Positions 27,031 through 40,789 of a stretch of 64,000 nt of DNA are shown piece after piece (position 1 is the stretch's first letter; each line of letters starts with the position of its first letter). The notes under the pieces were generated by a model that had not been told where the DNA came from, did no database searches, and saw nothing but the letters and a program-made list of their open reading frames with translations. The stretch comes from Eledone cirrhosa (Eukaryota), in assembly GCA_964016885.1 (NCBI GenBank), contig OZ024740.1, positions 333,808,001 through 333,872,000 of the forward strand, given 5' to 3'. Both the position numbers and the translations under genes were made by a program.

Positions 27031-27531
27031 ACCTCCTACACGCTCCCCATCCCTACTACCGCCTCGAGTGACTCCTGTAACAACAGACCTACCTAGCAGC
27101 TAAAACCATGCCTCACACCGCTGTGGTCAACCCCTCTCTCTCTCACTTCCTTAACCAGACCTCACGTTAGCTGACACTAGATGATATAAATAGACGAAGT
27201 ACGTCGGTGGTGTCCTATTCTCTGTGTAAACAGGCACCCCAGGACTCCGACCAGCAGTCCCGCGCCCAACCCCGGCTTGTGATCCGTATACGCTGAGCAT
27301 ATCCTGCCTCGAACCCGACCCCCTTCGCACGCATGAGCCAAGGATAAATACTACAAGAAAATATGACGCGCCTATTACTACCACTTACCCCTCTCCTCAC
27401 CTCCAGAGGTGACTTTGACCCTTTGTCCGTGTGGGTGTATCCACATGTTGGCGTATATAGACTTATGTGTATGCGTGGAATTATGTGTATGCCTGTGTGT
27501 GACTGTGTTGACGTAATATGGGAATGCGACT

Positions 27532-27880
27532 GAGCCTGCGTTTGTGCGTGTGTGCTTGTAACGGTGTGCATTGACAAACATACACGCATATGTACTTTAT
27601 GCTGAAATAAGAATTGTAGTCCTTTACGCTTCTGGATCTTGACACACAGGTTTTTCTGGTATTTTTCACTCCACTTTTAACTCATTTGTCTTTAAAACGC
27701 ACCATATTTTATTAGACTGTGTGGACGTAAATAAGTGAATGCACCGAGCCTGTGTTTATACGTGTGCACGCGCAACGGTGCGCTCTGAAGGACAATCACA
27801 CGTACGTACTCTATGCTAGAATAAGAATTGTAATTCTTTACACTTCTCGATTCTGACACACAGGTTTTTTATTTCACTTT
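27532..27880. repeat. Diverged direct duplication (period ~215 bp) downstream of the PLE
   Basis: gagcctg...aataagaattgta...tgacacacaggttttt at 27532 and 27747. Confidence 0.75.
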
Positions 27881-28351
27881 ATATTTTTCTAAATTTTTTA
27901 TATTGTTTGTAACACACACGCATTCTTTATTTGTTTGGCATCCTCCACCACGTGAAATGGTGGCAGGATAGATGCTAGTCTACACACATAAATTCTTCAG
28001 AACATAGCCGCAGCTAAATAAAGTTGACCTGCTAGCTGACATCTTAACACCACTACCACTACCAACACAGTGAAGGAGGTCAGCTGTACTTAAACATTCT
28101 GACAAAAACAACTATAACAGGCTGACCTGCCTCAGAAGAATTTCTATAGATTTTTGACTGAGGAGTTGTCTCACAACTGACCAATGGGATACGAGCGTGT
28201 CCTATGACGCTGAAATTCGTTAGTTCTAGCACATTTGATTCCAGTTCCTCGGTGGACTAACAGCACACGCAGGAGCTGGATATATCGATGTATTGATAGA
28301 GGGAAACACACTTCAACAACATGTGTACCTGTCTTTTCGACACCAATTCGG

Positions 28352-28406
28352 ACTGCCTGAAGAGGTCACGGCCAATAATGGCTGTCACCGAAATATATAT
28401 AGCAGT
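28352..28406 (+). ncRNA. Type-I hammerhead ribozyme (family D)
   Basis: actgc-CTGAAGA-ggtcacggcca-ataa-tggctgtcacc-GAAA-t-atat-a-ta-gcagt. All core bases present, triplet AUA. Confidence 0.85.
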
Positions 28407-28469
28407 AAATTTATAATTTATAAAAAACGAAGCCAAATTTTACATATTTGACTTACTTAATTTATTTTA

Positions 28470-29344
28470 CACAAACAGTGGTACCCGGCGTTGCACGGGA
28501 TAATGCATTTTGGAACGCGGGTCGCCAACAGACCTAATCGTGGAAAAACTGAATGCTTGGACAATATGTAAAGAAAATAAACCGAATACTCTGATGGCTG
28601 GATAATCTATAGGATTTTTCTCGATGAAGTCGGGAAAATGCAGGTTTTCACCTAATGCGGGCCGTAGGGGATCAAGAAAATGAATTTTTTTTATGTGCAT
28701 AATATGCGTTGAAATTTCGGGAAAATCGGCTAGATGTAACACCTCCCAAAATCCCTTAGAAGCTGAAAAAATGAAGTTTTTGACCTAATGCGGGCCATGG
28801 GCATAAGAAGGTTGAATTTCCTTTGCTCACGGTATGAAGAAGCGACTAACTAATACATAGTTACAATTTCAAGGAAATCGGTCTGACGTAACGAATAAAA
28901 AAACCCACTAAAAATCTTTAAAAACGCAGTTTTTCACCTAATGCCGGCCCTAGGAAATAAGAAAAGTTGATTGTAAAGTTTGAAAAAAATCGGTTGGGTA
29001 CTCCTCGCGTTTTAGGGATTCAAAGTCACAGACACACATACATCCTCAGAGAAGTGACGTAATCCAGACATCAGACATACAGACAGATATTATAAGAGCG
29101 CGACGTTGTATGTATGTATGTATCTAAAAAGAGAAAGACTAAGAATTATAGAGCGAGATCGCTAAATCGCCAAATGCGGTCCTTAGGGCATTGAAAATTT
29201 GAATTTTGTTTTGCTCAGAACACTCGCTAAAACATAAGTATTACATGTGTAAAGTTTGAAAACAGTCGGTTGGGTGTTTCTCGTGTTTTAGCGATTCGAA
29301 CTCACACACATACAGACAGAGATCCTCAGTTTTATATATATAGA
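28470..29344 (-). mobile_element. Non-autonomous Helitron with internal subrepeats
   Basis: Minus 5' end TCTATATATATAAAA followed by gtctgt repeats. 3' hairpin cccgtgcaacgccggg. Three copies of cctaatgcgggcc. Confidence 0.75.
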
Positions 29345-29467
29345 TTACTCCGGAGTAAACAAACCAACCTACATACCACGTCGAGTGCTCCATTCTGCAT
29401 ACTGAGGTGTCGGTAAACAACCAACATATACTAAAAAAAAAAAATTATATCTATATATATATATAGT

Positions 29468-29552
<85 letters not shown>

Positions 29553-29829
29553 CTTACATGCATATACTTACAACGCTCTTTTTATATAGAAATACATATT
29601 TGTTTGTGTTGGGTTCTATGTGTATGTATGTGTTTGTATATTTCGAGTGTGCACGTGTGTTTGTGCATCTGTGTTTACTTCCGCGTGTCTATAAGTCCTG
29701 CAACTTGACGATCGATAAAATGGGATCGATATTTTCGAAAATTACTGAGGTTGAATAGGTTCAATATCAACACTTCAATGCAGTACCCCAGGAAACAAAC
29801 GGTCTGTTTGATATCGGTAGCGGAATAAA

Positions 29830-29939
<110 letters not shown>

Positions 29940-30224
29940 GCTCTCTCTATCTCTCTCTATATATATATATTTTTAATTTCACATGTTTAAAGCTAGCAAG
30001 CATACTTGAGAACATTCGTTTCACCAAACGTGGACTACCAACTCCTGTATGGTTATGATGCGAAAGTATTTTGAACTGGATAGATTCTGTGCAGAAGGGG
30101 AAGTTTTCTCTTCTGTAAAAGGGAAGATGACCATATGTATATGTTGTAGAGGAGACACATATTGAAGAAATATAGTTTGTGATATTTTGGATAACCGTGG
30201 CCAGGTATGTCGTTAAGTATCTGT

Positions 30225-30720
30225 TTATCCTGGCCTTTTCCAGTTATTTAACACACATATTGAGATGTGATTAAAGCGATTGAAACAATCGGCTCTCTTG
30301 TTGAGGCATGTGCTCTTGTGCGGCCCTCTAATATATTTGCTCTTTTGTCGATGGCAAAAGGTCATCCCGTGTTTAAGGAAGCGTTTTTGAACAGGCCTTC
30401 CGACATTAGACATTACATATTTCTGATTGTTCTGACGGACGTTTGTAACTTCGGCCTCATAGATGTCAGCGGTTATGTTACACTGTAGCTAAAGACTGCA
30501 TGATCCTGTTTTTTTACAAGAGCACCCGGGTGAGGGAGTGCTGTTGGTGTTGGTGGTAATGTGGGGTTTCCTATTTGTAACAAAGGAATATCCAAGTTTA
30601 AGCCTGTGGTTTTTAAGGATGGGTCTGTAATTTTGCCTTATAGGGAAGTGTTTGTCTAAGAATGCTAAGAAATGTTTGCCTAGATTAGATCTAACTACAT
30701 TTGAGAAATGTATTTACAGC
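30225..30720 (-). mobile_element. Decayed Penelope-like 3' fragment
   Basis: FSNVVRSNLGKHFLAFLDKHFP (thumb), KRFLKHGMTF, and CLNKRADCFNRFNH. Confidence 0.7.
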
Positions 30721-30784
30721 TGATATAAGTAATGATCTGCCTACATTACCACTGCCATTAAGCATTTGACTGTATAACACTACG

Positions 30785-32490
30785 TTGGGTGTGCAGTCCT
30801 CAGTCATCCGTAAGACATACCCAGACCGTCTGAATTTGGATTACATCAGGAATTACTTTATCCCACCTGTAGTGCACCTCGTAAACATCTGGTCATGTTA
30901 TTCTCTGTCAGAAAGTTCAAATTCAGAGATAAGCGAAAAGAATATGTGTGCACGATATCAATCTTAGAAATATGAGTGCAATAACGTTTCAATGGCTCCG
31001 AACTGCATAGAATTGTGGTCAGTAGCATTGAACTATTACTGGTTATTTTCATTTTCAAGGTTATAGCACTTACATCCTATAGAACCATAGACAATGATGT
31101 AGTTTGCCAAAAGCGTCAGTTGCTTTGGAGACACGAATGAGGATTTCATCATCCAGGGATGCAGAGTAGTTCGCTTTGCTGTGAATACAAGTTTAAAGAG
31201 TTCACATACTTCAAATCCTTGTCATCGACAGAGATGGGAATATTGGGATGCCCATACGCCACCTGTCCTTGCCCAACATCTACTTTTCTGGGATTGGATG
31301 GCATTGTTTGATGTACCACCCCAGTCTTCTTGGTGTTGATCGTTAAACTAAATGCCTTACATGCAATCAAGAAGGGCATTTTGAAATATTGGGCCTCTCC
31401 AAATTATATTGCAGCAAGTTCATTAGCATCGGGAAAGAGTAATTCGAAATAACATTGTTCGTGGAAATGTTTTGTCCTTCAAAGTTTAATATTCCTTAAA
31501 CCTTGATGGTTTAATAACTCACTTAGTGTACGGAATCTAAATCTGACGCAAGAGACTATGTCGCTCGATGCATTCTGAAGCATTACAGAGATAAACGAAA
31601 CGAAGAGACACCACAGATTTAAGAGCGTTCGCCATTTGATATAATTGATGTTTTCATGCCCTTGTGAAATAATATGAAGACATGATAACATTCAGCATTC
31701 GTCAAGTCTGCCAAGCTTTTGAGTGTTTTCCAGAATGTGTTACTATTGGCAATGTTAAAGTAGACAAAGAACATAAACAATTCCTGGTTCATTTCACGAA
31801 CCTTCAGAACATTGGCAGTGAATCACATCAATTTTTCCGACCTGTGCGGAAACCAATCTATGTGAGATATCATCAGCAATTACAGATTTCATTCTTTTGG
31901 GAATGGGACATGCACGTGTCTAACCAGAAATACTTAAGAGGGAAACACCGTGCGTGGTACCACAGATACATTTCGTTTGTCTTTGTTTTGAAGTGATAGA
32001 TTATTGATGCACCTCTGAAACCTGAAGGGACCTTATCGACCTTCCAGGTCTCCAGAAATAACCGATAAAGCTTATGAACCAGATTTTGAACAAACTATTT
32101 GAACATTTCTGCTCGAATGCCTTCTTTACCGGGATATTGATTGAACGATATTTGCTTGATAGCGGATTGTAAATCATCCAATTATGGGGCGTATGAACTC
32201 ACTACTGTAACAGAAGTGTTGTTTGCTAGATCAAGAGAAAGATTCATGAGATGACCACTGACATATTTGGAAAATGATGTTAGGGATTTAGCAATGTCAG
32301 ATATAATGATAAATCCAACATCGGATTGACGCTGATCTACTTCCAGACAAGAAAACTGTGCAGCCTTCTGCTGTGACTTCCATTTGGGACGTGCCAGTGA
32401 ATCGGGATTCACTTATGACATAGATATTAATATTATATTTGTTGAGTGCTCGAATGTATTGATTTACACAACAGAAAAACATTCCTTGCG
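30785..32490 (-). mobile_element. RTE-clade LINE, heavily decayed (APE plus RT)
   Basis: ALNKYNINIYVISESRFTG, TVVSSYAP, IGFRTGR, and ACKAFSLTINTKKT. Confidence 0.75.
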
Positions 32491-33042
32491 ACTGCTAAGA
32501 GGTTTTAATTATCTGTAGGTTAAAGGGCATCCAGGGAAAAGTCTGATCATCATAGCAGCCAGTGCTGATACATAATGAAGTTAACATATAAAAAGGAATA
32601 AATATTCTTATTATATGTCTATCCAAATGTATTCGAAAGATTTTCGTTACCAGTAATAACAAATCCTGTAACATTAAGTAACTCAAATATTAAATAAAAT
32701 TTATAGATTAAAATTAAGAACACGTAAATTATTATGCAAAACACCAAAATATCGCCAGGCGATTTCAAGAGGTTTATATTTATTATATCTTACGGAACAA
32801 CCTGCTTTATTTTGTCTTCACATCTTCTCAAATTGCAACTCCATAACTGTGAATAATTATGAATAATTATGCAATACATTCCTTACAATGATAATAATCA
32901 GCTTCACATCTCAATATATATAGCCAAACACACATATATACACATGCACATTCATACGCACACACACACACGTGCTCCTCCCTCTAAAAATCATACGCAC
33001 ACAAACGCGCACACACACAAACACATACACACACACACACGC

Positions 33043-33115
<73 letters not shown>

Positions 33116-33593
33116 GATTTAATAGTTATTAAACAAAATTGCAACACTACCAAACACATGTTATAAAAAGGAGAGGCTGGCAGAGCAATATAAATAGACA
33201 TGAGAAGTGGCAGGATGCAAGCGAAATTGGTGCCTTTTAAAATGAATGACATGCAAAGACACTGAGCTTGGCGATTGTATAGGCGTGTGCATGCGCATAT
33301 GTACATTGTTGTCATATGTCTATCTAGGCTTTATTCCACGTGTGTGTTACGTGTTTAATCTATGCATTCTGATGTTTGAGTGTTTCAATATCAATTTTAT
33401 TGTTGAAATTGTTACATCACATTGTAGGGTTTCTATATTGTTGTGTATTTTTATATTGCTGTCCGTGCATATACAGGGTGACCCAAAAAATGTATGCATT
33501 ATTCTAATAAATATTACCTGTACAAGTAATCTTTTGATACACACACACACATACACATACATACATACATACATACATACATACATACATACA

Positions 33594-33629
<36 letters not shown>

Positions 33630-33686
33630 TATATGAAAGACGAAAAATCAGAACATTATAGTAATTAACTTACTTACTTAAGTTTC

Positions 33687-33763
33687 ACTCCAACTAATTA
33701 GTTTCTGAAAGGGGATATACATAGTGTTCACAACTATGGAGAATCCTTTCTTCATCAGGGAGT
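33687..33763 (-). ncRNA. Type-I HHR (family B, copy 1)
   Basis: actcc-CTGATGA-agaaagg...catagt-loop-actatg...cctttca-GAAA-ctaattag-tt-ggagt, palindromic stem III ACUAAUUAGU. Confidence 0.85.
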
Positions 33764-34208
33764 CAATTCTCGGCTAATATTCCTGGCGATAGGCGGACAC
33801 AGGGAGCTCAAACAAAAATAATTCAGTGAATGGAAAAAAAAGCAAGCGCGGACTAAATTTCAAGACACTAAAAATTTCACTGCCTTCCCGATCAGTGGCA
33901 AATTCATAAGAATCAATCACGTGACATCGAGGTTAATCAGAGAGGAGTGGGTGTTAAAAAGACAGTAGCCAAAATGTTACTATGAACCATAATAGTAATT
34001 TAGGCAAATTTTTGCTCAACAAAATAATTTGGAGATAATTATAAATAATTATTATATCTACCAACATATTTATACAGGTGTATACTTACGCTAGCAAGAT
34101 ATAGGTTTTGTCTTAGTAACTTTGTGGTTCAATACAAAAATGTAGAACAATTATATGAAAGACGTAAAATAAGAAAATTATAGTAATTAACTTACTTACT
34201 TAAGTTTC

Positions 34209-34285
34209 ACTCCAACTAATTAGTTTCTGAAAGGAGATATACATAGTGTTCAAAACTATGGAGAATCCTTTCTTCATCAGGGAGT
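34209..34285 (-). ncRNA. Type-I HHR (family B, copy 2)
   Basis: Same fold, with stem II base gaaagga/tcctttc fully paired. Confidence 0.85.
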
Positions 34286-34538
34286 CAACTCTCGGCTAAG
34301 ATTCCTGGCGATAGGCGGACACAGGGAGCTCAAACAAAAATAATTCAGTGAATGGAAAAAAAGCAAGAGCGGACTAAATTTCAAGACACTGAACATTTCA
34401 CTGCCTTCCCGGCCAGTGGCAAATTCAAAAGAATCAATCAGGTGACATCGAGGTTAAGCAGTGAGGAGTGGGGTGTTAAAAAAAGACAGTAGCCAAAATG
34501 TTACTATGAACCATAGTAGTAATTTAGGCACTTATATT

Positions 34539-34608
<70 letters not shown>

Positions 34609-34759
34609 GGGGGAGAGAGAAAAGAGAAAGCTCTGTAATATATGGCAAGTATGTTATTCCTTATTCCTACATAAGTATGTATAAGTGGTTAGCTTCGTGA
34701 GGTGTTACGTGTTTTCATTTAAGTAAGTTGTAATTTAAATATATTCGTTGATTTGTTAT

Positions 34760-35110
34760 TGTGTGTAGTTGCGTTGCTGCCAATTTAATTCTTCTCTTGT
34801 TGGCCTGTATGAATATATGTGGCTGTACGTATATTTATATGTAATGTGTGTTTCTTGTATAACTTTCTTTATTTTGTGATAGTGGCTGCTCTGGTTGTGT
34901 CTGCATGTGGCCATAGTATGTATGCGTGCATATGTCAAACGTAGTTTTGGGGTATATGTGGATGGGCATTGTTTGCATATAGGTCTGTGTAAATTGGCTT
35001 CTTTATAAGTGAATATTTTCCTGGCCTTCCCATGTGATATTCATTTTCGTGTATATCTATCTTATGGGAGCATGTGATTAAAGCGTTTTAAAGGAAAAGG
35101 AATTTGGCAT
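34760..35110 (-). mobile_element. Very decayed Penelope-like endonuclease fragment
   Basis: Shares atgtgattaaagcg with 30265 and has an NITWE-like segment. Low similarity overall. Confidence 0.4.
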
Positions 35111-37270
35111 TGTGACCAAGGATGAGATGGATCCTTTATATAGTTAGTAAAAGTGCTCAACCGAGGCAGTAGACCATATATTGTTGTACAATGCAATTCA
35201 AATACAGATAGTGTAGAACGATAAGCAGGATAGCAATGTAAAGAGACAGGATAGTCTTTTCAAAGATTTGCGTTCTGTGTTTCATTGCAAACTCTAGATA
35301 CTTTAATGTAAAGACGGAGACTTAAGCGCATATATTAATTACAATATCAAACTAATGACAAGATATGTTGCATCTAAAATGTGTTTCGGTGAGTGCAAAA
35401 GTTTGCATAAATAAAACTATATAATTCTTTAAAGTAAATAAATCAATCTTCCATTGATTGTCCACCTGTCCCTCTCGTATCCGATCAAAAGAATCACTCA
35501 TTAACAAGGTTATGTGCTTTCGTTTTTCAAGCCAGGAAAAAAAACCTCCAGTAGCTAAAACTAGTAACGTATTCAACATCTGCTCTAATTCTTGGAGGAT
35601 AGTTCAAACACAGGTAAATATCTTATGAAACGAGGGGTGTTGTGAATGTCAGTTTAGAGCTACGCGTGAAATCAGAAGTACAAGGTTTATTTATGAAATT
35701 TCAGAAATAAAGAAAAAAGTGAAATATTCAATTAGTCCGTGGAGACTATAATTTTAAAAGAACTAAAAACAATCCATTGCGATATTCACAATCCGGGAGA
35801 AAATCACGGAAAATGTATAGTCAAAACAGATATTTACAAATTATTCGTTGTTTATTTTGTCGTAATGAGAAATCAAATATATAACCCAAATAACAAAACT
35901 ATAGCGATAACATTATCCCATTTATTTAATGATATTATTTCCATTAAAATTATGGTCTAGTTATATCACATGTATTACTAAGACAGGTGAAGCGTTTCAT
36001 TCTGCCTGTTGCTTTTGTTTCGTATTTTTTTCAAAACAATAATCTGTTTACAACAACATTGTTTACAATAGCTAATTTGGCAGGATTATATGATTTGGAG
36101 TTAGCTACACTTGAATAAAATGCCCCGTGTTCAGCCACATGATTCTGTCAATAATAATAATGCTATCTAAAGCAATATTTTATTACGAATTCTGTGCTAT
36201 TGATTTATGGTATAATCTTCGGCTAATACCCTACATAGTAGTAATATTTTAAAAGTAACGCGATTAATATTTAATATGTACACGAATTGCTGGCCAACTT
36301 TATTGGCATAGACTTCACTTTCGTTGTCAGTTTACTTTGACAAGTCATGGCTGTGTCTAAAATGAGGAAACGGCTGCTAATGATGTTATCTTTAATCCAG
36401 CTTTATCAAGTTTTCTATATTTTTTTTGTTCTGTTTCCTAAATAGAAGATGAAAGAGACAAAAACATCTCTCAATGGGTCAATGCTCCAGAGCTTTGATA
36501 TCCAACATGAGTCTGACAACAGAATGAGTAGCCTTTTAAGAGATATATTGCTCAAAGCTGTTTCAAAATTGGCATAGATTAAAAGAAAAAAAAATCTCTT
36601 CCGACTGAATACATCAAGCTTTGATTTATTCACAGTTCACTGTCAGATAGGTTTTGGTTTGAATATGACATTCTGATGTATATTTATAGAAGAGATCACT
36701 TGTATTGCAGCTATTAAGCTCTTTTGAAAACTGACATTTAGTATTGATAATATACATAATACTGATTTCTGACATAGGCACAGGGGTTCGATAATATACG
36801 TATTAGTAACATTAAACTGATAAAATAGACCTTGATAGAATATCAAATAGTGTTACTTGTGTGTTTCCCATATGCTGATGTTAAGATATGTTGTTGTTGT
36901 TTTTATGATTTGTCAGTATAGATAACAAAATAGTGATAGATTTTTCACAGTTCTAACGAATATGTTTGAAGAAAATAAACACGAAACTCACGCGGTTATT
37001 ATATTCAATGGTGGTTTATATCACTAATCAGTAAAAGTTGTGCTTTTCTATGAATGATTTTTTTTACAACCTATATGGAAAGATCATATCTGCCAAACGA
37101 CTTTTCTTAAACGTTATATCCCAATGTCTCACCTTATCTGCGCATATATGAGAGTGATGGACATACGCATAATTTTAATTTTAAGACGATTGCATCAAAT
37201 ACTTTGTTCTAGTTTCGATAATAAGTTACTTTAAACATCTACCGCATGTCAGGTAGCACACTACGTTACG

Positions 37271-37385
37271 ATTTGCTAATCCCGCCGAGGTTAACTTTGC
37301 CTTTCATCCTTATGGGGTCGATAAAATAAAGTACCAGTAATACACTGGGTAATTGCTGGCCTTGTGCCAAAAGTAGAAACAATTA
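37271..37385 (+). mobile_element. SINE copy with degenerate 5' end
   Basis: aatcccgccgaggttaactttgcctttcatcc...gtagaaacaatta. Confidence 0.85.
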
Positions 37386-38813
37386 TGATTTGCGTGCGTT
37401 TCATCCTTAATATTAAGAGTATAATATTAGGTCGCCTCAGAATTATATATGATATAGTGGTCTTAAATAAGCTATGTACAAACAATATATAACATACTGG
37501 GAAATAAATATAATATTAAGTCCACGAGAATACATTGTTAGATTTTAGAGCGGCATATATTACTTATTAAGACCCCTATATTCCATTTTACATCAAGGGG
37601 CTTACTTTGAAAAGTATGTTACTTTGACAATCCTGTGAATGTAAATTGCTGATTTTCAAAACTAGGTGGGTGTCCATCAGCATTTATGTATATCATCTAA
37701 AAAAAGACAGTGACATTCGTAATACAGGCATTTATCTATCCTATGACATAATATTACCCTGAAATGGACGTAGTAATCTGCTTATGGTTAGCGCTTACGT
37801 GATTGTTATTTAGAGATAACTTTACCGTGCTCACACCCAGACACTCACCCAAAAGCAGAATATGAGTGCACTTTATCTTATATATCTGAGTAGATTGATA
37901 TATCAATCGAAACCGGGAATAACAGCTTAAATTCATTTGATGTTACAAATATATAGATATTATTGTGTCAGATTACGGAAAATAAAATCTTCAAATATAT
38001 TCCTATGATTTGCACAGTTTGTTAGTCTTCACTTCACTTTAGTACACCTAGATAATAAGGTAATTCAGATTATAATATACTCTATATAATATGTACACGA
38101 CGATTCGATCGGTCCTTATCAAAGTCAAAACAATTTGCCGAGAATTATATTTTCAACTTTGTAGAAAACTGTGTAAATTTTTCTAGAAGTCCACAAACAT
38201 TATTACTGAACAGCTGTAGAGTGTGGGGATTTCTTTTACAAGACATTTTATGAAAGATTTCAATGAAACATTCTATGAAATATGCATTTGAAGGTTCATG
38301 TGATAACCTACAAACGCACAAATGTGTGAATAGATGTGTCTGTTGAATAGCGAGATTTGTAAAGAATCTGCTATCACCTTTATCTCTTTGTGTGATTTAT
38401 GTTTGGGGATATTGAGAGCATATAGTCTTTGGTGTATGTATCTTTATCTAAATGGTTGTTTGTACTAATATGATGAACATTAGCTATATGTATATACACC
38501 TTTTATAGTAAAGTTTGGAGATTATCTTTATTGTAATTTTGAAGTGAGTTGAAATTGTATGATTGAAGTTGTAGAAAAAGTTATAGGTCAGTTTATTGCT
38601 GATAGAGTGAATGTTCATAAGGTGTCGTGTGAGTGTCAGCGCACACACACATATACAGATATACATATACCCGTCCAAACATATTAAAAAAAAAAAAACA
38701 TTCTATCACACATATATGACGGATTTTGCTTCAGTGATTTTGTGAGTATGTATGAGTGCAAAAATAATTTTGATTTTTTCTGTCTGTGTTTATCATGAAA
38801 GCAGGAACACATG

Positions 38814-38845
<32 letters not shown>

Positions 38846-39028
38846 TGTATGTATGTATGTATGTATGTATGTATGTATGCATGCATGCATGTATGTATGT
38901 ATGTATGTATGTATGTATGTATGTATGTATGTATGTATATTTCGGATCTATCTGTCGAAACGGCTGGAGCTCAGCCGTAGGGGTCCTGAGACTGTTCCTA
39001 TATATATATATATATATATATAGGAACA

Positions 39029-39130
<102 letters not shown>

Positions 39131-39337
39131 TACGTATCGAGAGAGAGGAAAGGAGGGATAGGTGATACATGTAGTTATTTGCCAAATAGCGTATGCATAG
39201 GGTGCTCAATACGAGTGCCGGCAGTGTTAAATATTAGAAGTGTTAATATCTATTGGGCGAGAGAATTAGCAGAGCGTAAGCACGTGGAGAAGTAAAATAC
39301 AAGAGAACAGACCGTTAAAACATGTCTATTTAAAATA

Positions 39338-39377
39338 GCACCTACGTACGTTTCGCCCGAATGTTCTTCTCAAGGGC
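39338..39377 (-). ncRNA. Type-I HHR, U3-A8 core variant (family F, left repeat)
   Basis: gccc-TTGAGAA-gaacattcgggc-GAAA-cgtacg-ta-ggtgc. Stem II is degraded. Confidence 0.55.
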
Positions 39378-39525
39378 ATAATAACTAAAAAGCGTCCCTT
39401 ACATGGCCCGGAATGGATTTTTAGAGATAAGTTCATGTCAGAGCAGCATCCACTAGCAGCATCCACTAGTGCTTGCAACAGCTTCTGCAGAGGCAACCAA
39501 CATAACCGCGACATGACTGGGGAAT

Positions 39526-40095
39526 ATGCAGGTGACCTGCTCGGGTCACCTGGCGGCGACGAAAGACGTGCGCATTAATAATGGTACCACCCCACGTACA
39601 GTGGGTTACAATGGTGCTAATGACAGGTGTAGGGGCGTAGGTAACAACGTAGATAGCAATAATAATAGCCTTACCGTGGGAGCTAGAAGGGACCGCGACC
39701 GAAATTGCAACTGCCGTGACAGGGGACGCTGCCTCCTCAGGGGAAACTGCTTGACTGATAGGGTTATATATAGGTGCACCGTAACCAGCTATAATAGCAT
39801 TAAACATTATATAGGGGCTACCTCTGGCCCGTTCAAAATTAGATTTCGAACACATCTACACTCTTTCGCAAATAAGAAATTAAGACACTCCACTTCGCTC
39901 GCCAACTACATCACAGCATTAACAGACTTAAACACCAGCTTCTCTACGCACTGGGAAATTGTCGGCAGGTGTGCACCGTACAACTTCAAGAAGAAGTGTG
40001 AGCTTTACCTCATGGAGCTCTACCACATCATGACGGCACCCCACGAGCTCATCAACAGCAGAGCTGAAACGACGATATGCTGTTACACCGCTTAA
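39526..40095 (+). CDS. Open 189-aa reading frame encoding a PLE-type GIY-YIG endonuclease without RT
   Basis: CNCRDRGRCLLRGNCL, VIYRC...HYIGAT, RFRTH, ME and LINSRAE. Translation is not demonstrated. Confidence 0.65.
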   Translation: MQVTCSGHLAATKDVRINNGTTPRTVGYNGANDRCRGVGNNVDSNNNSLTVGARRDRDRNCNCRDRGRCLLRGNCLTDRVIYRCTVTSYNSIKHYIGATSGPFKIRFRTHLHSFANKKLRHSTSLANYITALTDLNTSFSTHWEIVGRCAPYNFKKKCELYLMELYHIMTAPHELINSRAETTICCYTA

Positions 40096-40464
40096 AAATA
40101 TCCTACTTCAGATGGAATAAGAACGAGGAGTGAAACCGTAAACTGGATCGCCCTGCACCAAGATTTAACATCCTAGACCCGGCATGAATCGACCCAGGCG
40201 GGCAGGCACAGCAAACAAACGTCTCGAAACAAACGTTGCATACCTGACTCTGCGCGTATCGGAAATGGAAAGGTAGTAACCACATGCTTGTATCGGATAA
40301 AAAAAAAATTTTCAGGGAAAGACTGCCCTAACACCGGCCAGTGTTATCTCCCTTGACCTACTGCAAAATCAAAACATGTTTTTTCTACGAAGAATGAACT
40401 CTGACGTGAACTTATCTCTAAAAACCCATTCCGGGCCATGTATGGAACGCTTTTTAGTTATTAT

Positions 40465-40504
40465 GCCCTTGAAAATCCCACTCGGGCGAAACGTACGTAG
40501 GTGC
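40465..40504 (+). ncRNA. Type-I HHR, U3-A8 core variant (family F, right repeat)
   Basis: gccc-TTGAAAA-t-ccc-actc-ggg-c-GAAA-cgtacg-ta-ggtgc, palindrome ACGUACGU, triplet GUA. Confidence 0.7.
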
Positions 40505-40578
40505 TATTTTAAATAAACATGTTTTAACGGTCTGTTCTCCTTTATTTTACTTCTCTACGTATATATATATATATATAT

Positions 40579-40691
<113 letters not shown>

Positions 40692-40789
40692 CGTGCGTGT
40701 GTGCGTGCGTTCGTGTTTGTGCACGTGTGTGAGTGGGTGGTGTGTGTGATGTTTAAGTGTGTATATACATATGAAGTTATATATATATA

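Larger units (their letters stand above)
33631..34529 (-). repeat. Family B tandem repeat, period 522 bp, about 1.7 units, two HHRs
   Basis: 33631-34008 is nearly identical to 34153-34529. Confidence 0.95.
39283..40560 (+). mobile_element. Penelope-like cassette: GIY-YIG ORF between ~160-bp inverted pLTR-like repeats
   Basis: 39283-39443 is the reverse complement of 40400-40560. Each repeat has an HHR motif. Confidence 0.88.

Noticed and set aside
27170-27216. gacac-tagatga...cgaagtacgtc...gtgtc as a hammerhead
   Set aside because: Both core segments need indels, so it is too degenerate to call.
28640-28970. CRISPR-like spaced repeats (cctaatgcgggcc x3)
   Set aside because: Eukaryotic context, spacers too long (~130-150 bp period), no cas genes. 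They are internal Helitron subrepeats.
35160-36960. Possible decayed host gene (weak LRR-like fragments on the minus strand)
   Set aside because: No continuous frame, convincing motif or splice structure. It would need tblastx.
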